The position numbers and the translations under genes are program-made. A DNA stretch of 64,000 nucleotides from an uncultured virus (IMG/VR IMGVR_UViG_3300017917_002479) (taxonomy: Duplodnaviria > Heunggongvirae > Uroviricota > Caudoviricetes), in the IMG/VR virus record IMGVR_UViG_3300017917_002479; one strand, written 5' to 3'. The notes beneath the pieces are model-generated. The model made no database searches, had not been told where the DNA came from, and saw nothing but the letters and a program-made list of their open reading frames with translations. Below are positions 37,353 to 46,631 of the stretch, piece after piece (positions within the stretch are counted from its first letter, which is position 1; every line of letters starts with the position of its first letter).

Positions 37353-38348
37353 TAGCTTGGCGACCGCGTTCGCGGCGCGCTGCCCACCCCTACTCTTGGC
37401 GGTGTATTGCTTGACCATCGAGACCGTCCGATGGCCCGTCACCGCCATGATCTCTTCGTCGGTTGCACCCGCATCTGCGTAGCGCCCTGCCGCCGTATAG
37501 CGCAGCCCATGGAAGGTCAGATCGTCCGGCACCCCGGCGGCTCGACAGGCTGCGCGGAACGTCTTGCTGAAGTGACGTAACGTGAAGTCCTGCCCCAACA
37601 CTGGCCCTTCTCCCGACTTGGGTCGACGCGCATCGAGTATCAGCTTCAACTCTGCTGACGCCGGGATCAAAACAGGATCGCCGCCCTTCTGCGATGGGAA
37701 GGAAAGCCGCATCCCGTCATAGTCTTCCCAGCGCAGTCTCACGATGTTCTCACGCCGCTGGCCAGTGTGAACCCCGAGTAGTAAGGCAAGGTCCATCGGG
37801 GCACTAAATGTTGTGGTCGCCGAGCGGAGTGCGTCGACCGGCCATGGTTTGTGGCCACCGCCAAGACGAAGAAGCTCGATCTTCCCGAGCGGGTTGAAGG
37901 CCAGCATCTCGCGCTGGACCGCGAAGTTCAGCAGAATGCGCATGACCTGCACGATGTAGTTGGCAAAGCGCCGACGCCCCGCATTGGCATCACGAATGCG
38001 CACGACGAACCCGCGCGTAATGTCCTTTATCTGCGCCTTGCCGAAGTTCTCTTCGAGGTGATCGAGGACCGCCCGATAGCCAGCCTGTGTGGCAGGCTTG
38101 AGGTCGAGAAAGGCGGGGGCCGCCTTGTAGGTCTCGATGAGGTGAGATAGCGTGCCGTCTCTGCTTGGTCGGCTAGAGCTGGAAGGGCGGAGCTGCTCTT
38201 GTAGCTCCGCCCACTTCTTCACAAAATCAGGATCGCCCGGCTTGCCGGGCATCGGCACCAACGGGAAGCCGCGACGCCGGAAATACCAATACGTCTTAGT
38301 GCCGCGTCGGATCGGCACCACGTTCTTGAGCTTTAAGCTCGTAGGCAC
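37293..38348 (-). CDS. int: Tyrosine integrase
   Basis: N-terminal YWYFRR arm-binding domain; HTGQR, FHGLR, VTGH...Y catalytic residues. Confidence 0.93.
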   Translation of the reverse strand: MPTSLKLKNVVPIRRGTKTYWYFRRRGFPLVPMPGKPGDPDFVKKWAELQEQLRPSSSSRPSRDGTLSHLIETYKAAPAFLDLKPATQAGYRAVLDHLEENFGKAQIKDITRGFVVRIRDANAGRRRFANYIVQVMRILLNFAVQREMLAFNPLGKIELLRLGGGHKPWPVDALRSATTTFSAPMDLALLLGVHTGQRRENIVRLRWEDYDGMRLSFPSQKGGDPVLIPASAELKLILDARRPKSGEGPVLGQDFTLRHFSKTFRAACRAAGVPDDLTFHGLRYTAAGRYADAGATDEEIMAVTGHRTVSMVKQYTAKSRGGQRAANAVAKLQSANTISQCAKQGEGATAN

Positions 38349-38553
38349 GAAGAAGCTCCTCGGTGGTGGAGCCTTCCGTCTGTCTCACTTCTGTGACACC
38401 GTCAAGGTCCGGCCGCGCCCACAAGGGGATGCGGCCGAGGCGCTTGCGCGGCGGGGGCAATGCCCCCGCCTTCACGTATCGTTGGAATGTGCTGCGCGAA
38501 ACCTGCATGTATTCAGCAGCTTGGTCCGCGCGCAGCCAGTGCGCGCCGCTCAC
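38296..38553 (-). CDS. xis: Excisionase / AlpA-like HTH protein
   Basis: AAEYMQVSRSTFQRYVKAGALPPP...W winged HTH, overlapping the int start. Confidence 0.8.
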   Translation of the reverse strand: MSGAHWLRADQAAEYMQVSRSTFQRYVKAGALPPPRKRLGRIPLWARPDLDGVTEVRQTEGSTTEELLRAYELKAQERGADPTRH

Positions 38554-39212
38554 CGCCGGACCATGCGTTCCAGTTCGGCGATGCGAGTGCGGAGCTTGCC
38601 AATCTCTTCGCCGAGCGACTTGGTCAGACCAGCAAACTCGTCCTCGATCCGCAACTCCAGCATGGTCACGTCGTCCTTGATCGCTTGCAGCTCCTTCGGC
38701 TCCTTGAGGTCGCCGAACGCCTCACGGCGGAAGGCTTCAACCACGCTGAGCGACAGTCCAACTTCCTTGGCCACGCGCTCGTCCGAGTAGTCGTTGATGT
38801 AGGCACCCTCTTTGTCGTCGAAGTGGTCGGTCAGCATGCGCATCAAGCGCGCCTGCGCACGAATGCTGTCCTTCGAGGGCAGAGGCGGCGTGAGCGGGGT
38901 CACGTTGCTGGCGGGTTCGGCCATAATATCTTCTTCCTTCTCCGTGGTGGTGGGTTCGCGTCTTGCGGCGACGCAGGCCGGGCATGTGTCAGGCTCCAAA
39001 TCCCAGCCTTTCTGCCGGAACTTCTTGCCAATGACGTCTTCGGGTAGGATCGCCTTCATCAAGATGACGTCGGCGCTCTCACACTTTGAGCAGATAATCT
39101 CGGCGTGGTTGCGCATCACTCCGCCAATCATGCCTTTGTAAATGCGCCTTGAGCCTTCGCCGATATTGAAGCCATGTGTGAAGGCTATTGGGTGGTGTCC
39201 TCGTTTTCCCAT
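38550..39212 (-). CDS. Hypothetical protein with N-terminal Zn-finger; possible internal start at 38924
   Basis: CSKC...CPAC; C-terminal HTH-like and coiled-coil part; two RBSs. Confidence 0.6.
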   Translation of the reverse strand: MGKRGHHPIAFTHGFNIGEGSRRIYKGMIGGVMRNHAEIICSKCESADVILMKAILPEDVIGKKFRQKGWDLEPDTCPACVAARREPTTTEKEEDIMAEPASNVTPLTPPLPSKDSIRAQARLMRMLTDHFDDKEGAYINDYSDERVAKEVGLSLSVVEAFRREAFGDLKEPKELQAIKDDVTMLELRIEDEFAGLTKSLGEEIGKLRTRIAELERMVRR

Positions 39213-39235
39213 AATGCTCCCCTGTGGTGGAAGGG

Positions 39236-39406
39236 TTAGTTGGTGCCTCTCATTGCGACGTTGATCTCAGCGAGGATGGAGGCTTGCAGGTAGATTACCC
39301 GTCTTGCCTCGCTGAGAAGCTCGGCGTGTTCAGGAAGTTTGGTCGCGAGTTCTTGAAGACGGTCGGCCGTCCCCAAGTTTGCTTGCGTGTCCGCGCCCCT
39401 TTTCAC
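39236..39406 (-). CDS. Small hypothetical protein
   Basis: GTG start overlapping the upstream stop. Confidence 0.4.
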   Translation of the reverse strand: MKRGADTQANLGTADRLQELATKLPEHAELLSEARRVIYLQASILAEINVAMRGTN

Positions 39407-39735
39407 GCTTCGAGTTCCAGTGCTTCCAGCAGCATCCGCACGCGCTCGCATTCGACGGTGTGGTCGCCGATCTGGCGAATAAGGTGATGGGCTTTGTCCC
39501 AAGCCCGGCGGAGTTCGTCCGGCCGCCGGTCGCTCTCATCAGTCTTCCGCAAATCTTCGATCCGCTGCATGACCGACTTGTGGTCGGCTTCGGCGCGAAC
39601 CAGCCCGAGCTGCGCAATGGCCAGTTGATCTTGAAGACTGCGAACCAGCTCCGGGCGGGTCTGCGTCTTCAGCGCAAGACGGATGGTCGTCGAGGGCGGA
39701 ATGGAAAGACGCAGTTCTTCGTTGTTGTCCGTCAT
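39403..39735 (-). CDS. Coiled-coil hypothetical protein (MTDNNEEL...)
   Basis: AAGGA RBS, in operon. Confidence 0.6.
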   Translation of the reverse strand: MTDNNEELRLSIPPSTTIRLALKTQTRPELVRSLQDQLAIAQLGLVRAEADHKSVMQRIEDLRKTDESDRRPDELRRAWDKAHHLIRQIGDHTVECERVRMLLEALELEA

Positions 39736-39737
39736 GA

Positions 39738-40556
39738 CTATTCCTTTGGTAGGGGGCGATAGACCGTGAAGCCCTTGCACGGCTTCACAGCCGGAAGGTC
39801 GTAAAGGGAGCAGTGCCATCCGCCGTCGGCAGTCGCCCCGGCATGCTGGCAAAACGCGCAGTCCGGCTCGACCTCGGGCGTCTTCCAGCAGTTGTCCCGC
39901 TTGAAGCAGCCACGGCAGCGCCAGTCCGTCTCGTCTTCGGCGATCCGCCGTGCCTTGTTGAGCAAGGCGGTCTCGATCCGGGTGCGCAGGAAGGCCCATT
40001 CAATCTCGTCGTAGGGCACGATTTCGGCGTGATACTTCGAGTTGTTCTTGTTGTAGGCGATGAACAGGGAGTCCGCCGTCTTGCTCATGGCCATCTGCAT
40101 CTGCATCTGATCGTAGTAGTGGGGGTGGCTATAGCGCACGCCCTTCTCCACGAACTTGGTCCACGAGTTGTCGTTCATCGACTTGATTTCGAGGTTGCGA
40201 AGACGCCCGTCCGGCATCTCAATCAGACCATCGAGGTTGCAGCGCACGTGCCCGCCAAGCTGCTGGTAGTTGAACTGCTTGCCGGTCAGTGGGTCCGTTT
40301 CCATCACCGGGATTTTCGCGCGCTTACGCAGGTCTTTCACGACCACGTCTTCGATCTGCGAACCGATGTTGAAGATGCGCTGTAGCTGCGGGTCCGGCGT
40401 CACGTCGGGGAACCCTCGCAGTGAGAAGGCCAGCGCAGCCTCGCACTTGTTGCCGATGCCTGAGGCCCCGATGTAACGGCGTGGCCGCTGATCGCGCGGG
40501 CCATACCCGGCGTCGATGGCGGCTATGATGTCAGAGGCTTCTTGCTCGGGCGTCAC
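39738..40556 (-). CDS. Cas4-like PD-(D/E)XK exonuclease
   Basis: YIGASGIG..C, LDG, LEIKS, QMQ, C-terminal CRGC.....C cysteines. Confidence 0.8.
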   Translation of the reverse strand: MTPEQEASDIIAAIDAGYGPRDQRPRRYIGASGIGNKCEAALAFSLRGFPDVTPDPQLQRIFNIGSQIEDVVVKDLRKRAKIPVMETDPLTGKQFNYQQLGGHVRCNLDGLIEMPDGRLRNLEIKSMNDNSWTKFVEKGVRYSHPHYYDQMQMQMAMSKTADSLFIAYNKNNSKYHAEIVPYDEIEWAFLRTRIETALLNKARRIAEDETDWRCRGCFKRDNCWKTPEVEPDCAFCQHAGATADGGWHCSLYDLPAVKPCKGFTVYRPLPKE

Positions 40557-40575
40557 GTCTTGTCCTCAAAGAGTT

Positions 40576-40730
40576 GTCCCGACCAGCGCGCGGGAGGGTT
40601 CACGCTGGTCGGGACGGGCCGGGCGAAAGGACCAGAAACTCCCGGCCGAAACTTGGGCAGACTACGACCCGGTCTGCGAGCGGGGCCTCAACCCATAAGC
40701 CTCGCGGCAAAGCCTACGGGTTAGCGAGGC
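40576..40730 (-). ncRNA. Candidate multi-hairpin small RNA
   Basis: Four stem-loops in a 180-bp intergenic gap; two loops carry anti-SD sequences (UCCUUUC, CCCUCCC). Confidence 0.45.
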
Positions 40731-40736
40731 ATGGAC

Positions 40737-41234
40737 TCAAAAGGGAATATCGTCGTCCAGATCGTCGCGGTGGCCGCCGACCTGACCGCCGGTCAGAGCG
40801 CCGCCAGCATCGACCTTGTAGTAGGCACCCGACTTGCGGGGCTTACCGCCGCCCGGCATCTGCTTGCCGTCCTTCATCCAAGGCTCGCCTTCCTCGACGT
40901 GAACGCCAACGCGGCGACCAATCAGAGTGGCGACGTCACCCGGACGATCCGGGTTCGGGTGGTTGCAGGCAATCAGCAGGCCCTTGAGGCGGCGGTGGCC
41001 AATCTCGACGGCCTGAGCATTGCGGTTGTTCAGGTTGATGAAGTCTTCGACACGGCCAGCGCCATGCTCTTCCTCGAAGGTCACAAGCAGACCGTGGCCC
41101 GTCTTGTCCTTCGTCTGCTTCACTTCCGCGCTCACAATCTTGCAAGCATAGGAACCGGGCTTGAGGGTGCTGCGACCGTTTTCGGCCTCAACGCCCGACA
41201 GGTTCAGAGAACCAAAACCACTCCAACTCGACAT
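40737..41234 (-). CDS. DUF669-type single-stranded DNA-binding protein
   Basis: LKPGSY..KI..AE motif; acidic C-terminal DDDIPF tail. Confidence 0.85.
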   Translation of the reverse strand: MSSWSGFGSLNLSGVEAENGRSTLKPGSYACKIVSAEVKQTKDKTGHGLLVTFEEEHGAGRVEDFINLNNRNAQAVEIGHRRLKGLLIACNHPNPDRPGDVATLIGRRVGVHVEEGEPWMKDGKQMPGGGKPRKSGAYYKVDAGGALTGGQVGGHRDDLDDDIPF

Positions 41235-41235
41235 C

Positions 41236-42102
41236 TTATTCTCCTTCGCTCGTGGTGGGTTTCTTGGCGACTTCTTCCGCCTTCGAGGTGCCACCCTCGA
41301 CGGCGCTCACGTAGCGCTCGTAAGCCTCCGGGGTCATCGCCATGCGCTGATGAAGTTGGAGGATATTGGCCGAACGCTCGATAGGCTTGAGGCGACGGTG
41401 CGGGTCACGGGTCTTCCCGTGCCAGCCCTTCACTTCCTCGGTGATGATGAAGCGGGCAACGCGAGCGTCGATGCCGCCGCTGCCCTCAACTTCGGCCGTC
41501 TTGCGGATGCCGCAGAAGACGTGATCGAAGAGGGCGGGAATGTGCTTCGCCACCTTCTTCATCTTGACCATCGGCCAGTAGTTTGTCTGGCCGTTGTCAT
41601 CATCTTCTTCCATGGCCAGAGCCGTGACGAGAACGTGAACCGGCAGATCGCGGACCCACTTGAGCGCGCCAATCATGGCCCGTTCGTAGTCGCCCCACAC
41701 GGCAAAGCCGTCCATCTTCTTGCCACTGGACGAGGCGGCGTCTTCGTGAAGCTGCTGGAAGTGCGCCAGCGCGCGCTCCGACATCTCGGTGACGCTGTCG
41801 ATGCCGATCCAGTTGAAGCCCGCCGCCTTGAGGTCGACGTCCTTGAGCATCCGAATGATGCCCATGAACGAGTAGACCCCCTTGTCCGGGTCGTGCTTGC
41901 CGTCCCAAGACGAGAACGGCAGGAAGTCGATGTCGCAATCCGAGACCGAAGAGAGGCCGCTTTCGCCCGAGATAATCAGGCCGCGTCCATACAACTCGCG
42001 GTAGTAGCGGAACTGGTAGGTCTTGCCGAAACCATGGTGCGCATAGAGCAGGGTCTTATGCGCATGCGCGTCGGCATCCTTGGTGTTCAGAGTTTTGAAC
42101 AC
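41236..42102 (-). CDS. Sak4-like AAA_24 ATPase (recombinase)
   Basis: LLYAHHGFGKT, IGIDSVTE, KTRD; adjacent to SSB and exonuclease. Confidence 0.85.
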   Translation of the reverse strand: MFKTLNTKDADAHAHKTLLYAHHGFGKTYQFRYYRELYGRGLIISGESGLSSVSDCDIDFLPFSSWDGKHDPDKGVYSFMGIIRMLKDVDLKAAGFNWIGIDSVTEMSERALAHFQQLHEDAASSSGKKMDGFAVWGDYERAMIGALKWVRDLPVHVLVTALAMEEDDDNGQTNYWPMVKMKKVAKHIPALFDHVFCGIRKTAEVEGSGGIDARVARFIITEEVKGWHGKTRDPHRRLKPIERSANILQLHQRMAMTPEAYERYVSAVEGGTSKAEEVAKKPTTSEGE

Positions 42103-42106
42103 TGGC

Positions 42107-42631
42107 CTAAATCCTTTCGATCTTGATGGAGAGGTTCCCCGGCTTGCGGGTCAGGGCGGGCTTGTAGGTGTCCTGCGCGGTGGCATGCAGGGCGTCGAAG
42201 GTGGTGCGCTTGATCGTGGCCGAGAGGTCGATCACGCCAGCCGGGTCTTCCCCGGCGTCGGCCATCGCCAACAGCATGGCCTTGTTCCACGAGCGCACTT
42301 CGCCACGCGAAACGGTGACGCGGCGATTGATGCCGGAACCACTGACGAACTCGAACACGGTCTCGTCGTTCATCGCGTCAGGCGGGAAGCGGACCTCGCG
42401 CGCGATGGCTTCCATCAGGGCGGCGCGGCGCTCCTTCGCGTATTCAAGCGCCCGCTCGGTGTCTTCAAGTTTGCCGACCAAGTCATGCAGGATGGGGGTC
42501 GAAGTGACGCTGCTCGGGACGGTGGTCGAGCCGCCGTCCAGCGGCAGGGCAGGCTCATCATCCTTGGCGGAGAGGCGGGCGGCGAACGCAGCCCACTCGT
42601 CATCATCCATGATCGCAGGGGTGTCAGACAT
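42107..42631 (-). CDS. Hypothetical protein of the recombination module (Gp157-like position)
   Basis: Coiled coil; upstream of Sak4; AAGGA RBS. Confidence 0.55.
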   Translation of the reverse strand: MSDTPAIMDDDEWAAFAARLSAKDDEPALPLDGGSTTVPSSVTSTPILHDLVGKLEDTERALEYAKERRAALMEAIAREVRFPPDAMNDETVFEFVSGSGINRRVTVSRGEVRSWNKAMLLAMADAGEDPAGVIDLSATIKRTTFDALHATAQDTYKPALTRKPGNLSIKIERI

Positions 42632-42665
42632 TAGGGTGTCCTTTTTTGTGGTGGGGGTATTGCTG

Positions 42666-42704
42666 ACACCCAAAGGTGTAGCGTAAGGATGACAGTGAGG
42701 TCAA
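42666..42704 (-). promoter_or_regulatory. Leftward promoter with overlapping palindromic operator
   Basis: TTGACC-16 nt-GCTACA on the minus strand; ACACC-CAAA-GGTGT at 42666-42679. Confidence 0.6.
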
Positions 42705-42740
42705 TCCTCGCTCACAAGATTTCTTGGAGAAATTGAAACA

Positions 42741-42989
42741 ATGGCGCAAAATCACAGGCTTAACGTCGGTCGGCTCATTGCGGACCTCGGTGGCCCGGCG
42801 CACGTAGCGGAAGCGATTGGGGTGTCTCGGACCACGCCCTATCGTTGGATGAAGCGCAACTTCATGTCGTCCCCGACGATGGAGAAGTTGAAGGACGCTT
42901 TCCCCGCGCTGGTCCTCGAAAATTACTTCACCACCACGGGAGATAATAATGTCCACGCCTACGGAGAGCCTGCACGACGCGGCTCTTGA
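42741..42989 (+). CDS. Cro-like HTH transcriptional regulator
   Basis: LGGPAHVAEAIGVSRTTPYRW; divergent from the recombination operon. Confidence 0.8.
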   Translation: MAQNHRLNVGRLIADLGGPAHVAEAIGVSRTTPYRWMKRNFMSSPTMEKLKDAFPALVLENYFTTTGDNNVHAYGEPARRGS

Positions 42990-44868
42990 GTATCTGGAGC
43001 GGGGGTGGTCGGTCATTCCGATTGCCCCCGACACCAAGCGCCCGCTCATCAAGTGGCGCGAGTTTCAAGATCGTCACGCCGAACCCCATGAGGTAGCCGA
43101 CTGGTTCAGCCAGTGGCCGAACGCCATGCTCGGGGTCGTGACCGGCGAAATCTCCGGTATCGTCATTGTCGATACGGACAACGCCGAGGCCGAGGCCTAT
43201 GCTCAGGACAATGGGCTGGCCCACACGCCGGTCACTGCCAAGACGAAGAACGGGCGGCACTTCTACTTCAAGCACCCGAAGGACGGAGTCAGGCGTGGAC
43301 CGCGCGCTGGCGTCAACGTCCGCCAGACCATGCCCGACTGGCCTGCCGTTCCCGGCTTGGACTTCCGGGGCGACGGCTCTTACGCTCTGCTTCCCCCGTC
43401 CAAGAACTACAGGTGGGAGATCGCGCCGCACACGGACGTCGACGAAGACTTACCCAAGTGGAACGACTGGACGCCACCGGCGGCCAAGCCGATTGATGGC
43501 CAGTTCGAGTTCGCCATGCTGGACCTGTCGAGCGTGCCAGCCCCGGATGCCAAGATCAGCGAGTGGGATCGCACGGCTCAGTATGTTCACGAGAAGTTCC
43601 CGACCACCCGCAAAATCCCGACGGGAGCCGGGCACGGTCGGAACGAGCGCGTCTTGCGCTATGCCTCGGAGTGCTTGATCGAGGGGCATTGGGGCGCGCA
43701 GCTCAGGCTCAAGGCCATCGCCTTCATGAAGGAGTTCTTCGTTGAGCCGCTGCCCGAGCGCGAGTTCGAGGCGACGTGCGCCAGCGTCGAGCAGATGGAG
43801 CGGCGCAACCACCCCGAGCGGTTCGACGAGCATGGCAACTACATCTTCAAGCCTGCCTTCGAGCGGCTTGAGGAACACGTCAGCCACACCCGCAAGCTCA
43901 TCTATGCGCGCGACGCAGAGGCCCTTATTCGCGAGGCCGACGCCCGCTCCTACCTGATTGAGCCGTGGCTGCGCAAAGGCACCATCGTTCAGGTCTACGC
44001 CTACTCTGGCCACGGGAAGTCGATGACATTGCAGAACGCGCTCTATGCGCTGGCTGCTGGTCGCCGCAACTTTGGCCCGTGGGAGATGCCCTCGGGTGCA
44101 AGCCGCGTCCTCTACCTCGACTACGAGAACGGACCCGGAACCATTGGCGTCCGCCTCGAAACCCTCAAGGCGATCTTCGGCGACGCCGACGACCGCTTCG
44201 CCGTCTGGACCCCGTTCCTCAAAGACGGCGAGGAAATGAGCCTGCGCACCAGCGATGGCCTCGCTGCGCTTGAAGGGTGGATCAAGTGGTATAAGCCCGA
44301 GGTCGTGGTGATCGACACCATCCGCTCGGCTTGGCCGGGCATGAGCGAGAACGACGCATCCGAGTGGGCCAACGTCAACACGCTGGCGATGAAGCTGCGC
44401 AACGCTGGCCATGCGGTGATCCTCGTCCACCACTCGAACAAGCCGGGCGACGATGGGTTCGGCCGGGAAGCTGGCAGCACCAACCAGCTCACCGTCTTGG
44501 AAACCCAAATCCGCATCACGCAGGTATTCACCGACAAGGACACGGCGCACCAGAACGCTGGCCGGTTCGATGGCGACTACGACGTGCCGATCTGGCCGCA
44601 GCTTGAAGCCAAGCTGCCCTACGACTGCACACTCAACATGGTCGTCGAGGTCCGCTACGGGAAGGTCCGCGAGTGGACCGACCTGCACGACCGCACGCAG
44701 TGGATTGGCTGGGGTTCCTCGAACACCACCGACGAGCGCTTCGTGGTGTCGAGCATGTCGACGAAGCAGAAGGCCAAGGCGCTGGCGCTGGACGGGCACA
44801 TGGTCCCCGACATTGCGTCGAAGCTCCAGCGCCCGGCGCGCGTCATTGAGAAGTGGCTCGGTCTTTAA
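42949..44868 (+). CDS. Bifunctional primase-polymerase fused to an AAA_25 (RepA-like) helicase
   Basis: GWSVIP..KRP, VDTD, GRHFYF, DFRGDGSYALLPPS (Prim-Pol); GRNE (PriCT-like); AYSGHGKS, LYLDYE, VVIDT, LVHHSNK (helicase). Confidence 0.9.
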   Translation: MSTPTESLHDAALEYLERGWSVIPIAPDTKRPLIKWREFQDRHAEPHEVADWFSQWPNAMLGVVTGEISGIVIVDTDNAEAEAYAQDNGLAHTPVTAKTKNGRHFYFKHPKDGVRRGPRAGVNVRQTMPDWPAVPGLDFRGDGSYALLPPSKNYRWEIAPHTDVDEDLPKWNDWTPPAAKPIDGQFEFAMLDLSSVPAPDAKISEWDRTAQYVHEKFPTTRKIPTGAGHGRNERVLRYASECLIEGHWGAQLRLKAIAFMKEFFVEPLPEREFEATCASVEQMERRNHPERFDEHGNYIFKPAFERLEEHVSHTRKLIYARDAEALIREADARSYLIEPWLRKGTIVQVYAYSGHGKSMTLQNALYALAAGRRNFGPWEMPSGASRVLYLDYENGPGTIGVRLETLKAIFGDADDRFAVWTPFLKDGEEMSLRTSDGLAALEGWIKWYKPEVVVIDTIRSAWPGMSENDASEWANVNTLAMKLRNAGHAVILVHHSNKPGDDGFGREAGSTNQLTVLETQIRITQVFTDKDTAHQNAGRFDGDYDVPIWPQLEAKLPYDCTLNMVVEVRYGKVREWTDLHDRTQWIGWGSSNTTDERFVVSSMSTKQKAKALALDGHMVPDIASKLQRPARVIEKWLGL

Positions 44869-45286
44869 CCAGTGCAATTACGCGCGCGTTCGGAAAGAAC
44901 TTGCGCACCTCATCAGCGGCGGCGGCGACCTCGGGATAGAGCGCCCGGTTCTCCGCCGCCGTTTTGCCAGCCAGATACGTGACCTCGTAGATGTCCTCCA
45001 GCTCCGGCGTGTGAGGCAGCCCACGCAGCTCGTCATCGTCCGGCGCAAGACGCTCCCGCACCACGGCAGCCGCAGCCTCCAGATGCTCAGGGATCGGTCG
45101 TCCCCGGCGGATCAACTGCTCAACGTATTCGAGTTCTTTGGGGCCGAGGTTTTTGGGCATAAGTGTGGCCAGTCGAGAAATCGCCGGAACCACCGACAGA
45201 CCAAACTCCACCGCCCCCTTAATCGAACTCAAGTCGTTTCCACGGACCCGCACGCACTCCAAGGGAGTGCGGGTCCGCCTGTTCAA
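44843..45286 (-). CDS. Hypothetical protein
   Basis: 147-aa ORF converging on the primase; true start may be 45160. Confidence 0.45.
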   Translation of the reverse strand: MNRRTRTPLECVRVRGNDLSSIKGAVEFGLSVVPAISRLATLMPKNLGPKELEYVEQLIRRGRPIPEHLEAAAAVVRERLAPDDDELRGLPHTPELEDIYEVTYLAGKTAAENRALYPEVAAAADEVRKFFPNARVIALVKDRATSQ

Positions 45287-45412
45287 ACCGACTCAAACCA
45301 CAGACATTTATGGAGACCAGCGGAGCGGCAGTCCGGGGGACTGACGCGCAGCGTTCAGCTCAAATCATCTCACTTCGAGAGCTAAGAGCGATTTCTTGAT
45401 ACCTCACAAAAA

Positions 45413-45447
45413 TTGACTTGGCAACACCCTTGCACACCCCTAGGTGT
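45413..45447 (+). promoter_or_regulatory. Promoter with operator
   Basis: TTGACT at 45413; ACACC-CCTA-GGTGT at 45434-45447. Confidence 0.55.
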
Positions 45448-45472
45448 CCTACTCCCACCACAGGAGTAACCC

Positions 45473-45781
45473 ATGACCAACGAGGATCGCGAGCGCCTTC
45501 TCAAATACCGCCGTCGCTTCAAGGCGCGTGGCATCGACAAGCGTCGCCAAGATCGGCGTAATCCAGACCCGCGCGTCAAAAAGGGGGACCGCTTCGGCAA
45601 ACTCGAAGTGACCCTCCCCAACTACCTTAACATCACTATGTGCATGGCCCGCTGCGAATGCGGCCACGAGGGCGCTTACCGCGCACAAGACCTGCTCGAT
45701 GGCCGCAAATCCCATTGCGGGTGCAGCCGTAGTTATCGCCGGGGCGCGGCCCTCGGTGAGGGCCGGGCCGCGCCGGAATAG
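45473..45781 (+). CDS. Small Zn-binding protein resembling the N-terminal domain of phage HNH/AP2 endonucleases
   Basis: GDRFGKL...ARCECG...SHCGC; no nuclease domain follows. Confidence 0.55.
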   Translation: MTNEDRERLLKYRRRFKARGIDKRRQDRRNPDPRVKKGDRFGKLEVTLPNYLNITMCMARCECGHEGAYRAQDLLDGRKSHCGCSRSYRRGAALGEGRAAPE

Positions 45782-45866
45782 ATTCGTGGTTGACCGCTGC
45801 GCGGCCGTCCCCCGGACGGCCTCTCCGCTGTCCTGTTCGCGCTCCCGTTTTATTTCTCATGTCCCG

Positions 45867-45890
45867 TTGACGAGACACACCTAAAGGTGT
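45867..45890 (+). promoter_or_regulatory. Promoter with operator
   Basis: TTGACG at 45867; ACACC-TAAA-GGTGT at 45877-45890. Confidence 0.55.
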
Positions 45891-45928
45891 CATCTACACA
45901 CCCACACATGGCACGCGTGGGGTGGTCA

Positions 45929-46225
45929 ATGTCTCGTCGGATTGCGCTCTCCGAAACCCAAGTCGAATGGCTCCGTGCCAACCACCGGAAGCACACGCAT
46001 GTTGAACTTGCCACCGCCATTGGCTGCCATGTCGACACACTCAAACGCATCTTGGCCCGTCTTGGCCTCCAATCCTTTCCCGGCGCAAAATACCAAGTCG
46101 CGACCACCTCGCTCATCCAAACTTGGAACCGCCCCTGCCTCGATTGCGGCTGCACCAAGTCGCGTCCCCGCCACCACTACTTCTGCAAGCCCTGCCGCAC
46201 CCAACGAGGTTTCAATGACGAGTAA
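45929..46225 (+). CDS. HTH plus Zn-finger regulator (GcrA-like N-terminus)
   Basis: LSETQVEWLR...ELATAIGCHVDTLKRILARLGL; CLDC...CKPC. Confidence 0.6.
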   Translation: MSRRIALSETQVEWLRANHRKHTHVELATAIGCHVDTLKRILARLGLQSFPGAKYQVATTSLIQTWNRPCLDCGCTKSRPRHHYFCKPCRTQRGFNDE

Positions 46226-46415
46226 GCCTTTCATCCCCTACACCACCTCCCTCTACCCGTTCGAGCAGGCCCGCGCTCGCATCGGCGAAGCGGCCTACCG
46301 CCGCAGCATCCTGTTCTCCTACGTGATCCCTGTCCTTGCAGCCGAACTCGCGCCTCCTCCATCCCTCCGCGCCCACCTCCTCTCTTCCACCACCCTCAAC
46401 CGGAGCCTCTTTTAA
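46215..46415 (+). CDS. Small hypothetical protein
   Basis: GAGG RBS; coupled to neighbours. Confidence 0.4.
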   Translation: MTSKPFIPYTTSLYPFEQARARIGEAAYRRSILFSYVIPVLAAELAPPPSLRAHLLSSTTLNRSLF

Positions 46416-46618
46416 TGCCCCGCTACTTCACTCGGCGCGCCACCCCAAAGGCGACGCTCTACGTTGAAGACGATCACTATGGTCGGCCACAGGACATCAT
46501 GCCCTCCGTGGACGAACACGAACCCACCTACACTGGCCTGCTCGATGCCAACGGCGACCCGATCTGGCGAGAACCCCGCGCAATCGGCTTCGGTCGGCAC
46601 GACGAATGGGACGAATAG
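46415..46618 (+). CDS. Small hypothetical protein
   Basis: GGAG RBS; TGLLDANGDPI motif. Confidence 0.55.
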   Translation: MPRYFTRRATPKATLYVEDDHYGRPQDIMPSVDEHEPTYTGLLDANGDPIWREPRAIGFGRHDEWDE

Positions 46619-46631
46619 CAGGAGCCTGACA

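Noticed and set aside
39738..40556. CRISPR-Cas system
   Set aside because: Solo Cas4-like nuclease in a standard Sak4/SSB module; no repeat-spacer array or other cas genes seen.
45473..45781. Active homing endonuclease or intron
   Set aside because: Only the small Cys-containing domain is present; no HNH motif and no interrupted gene.
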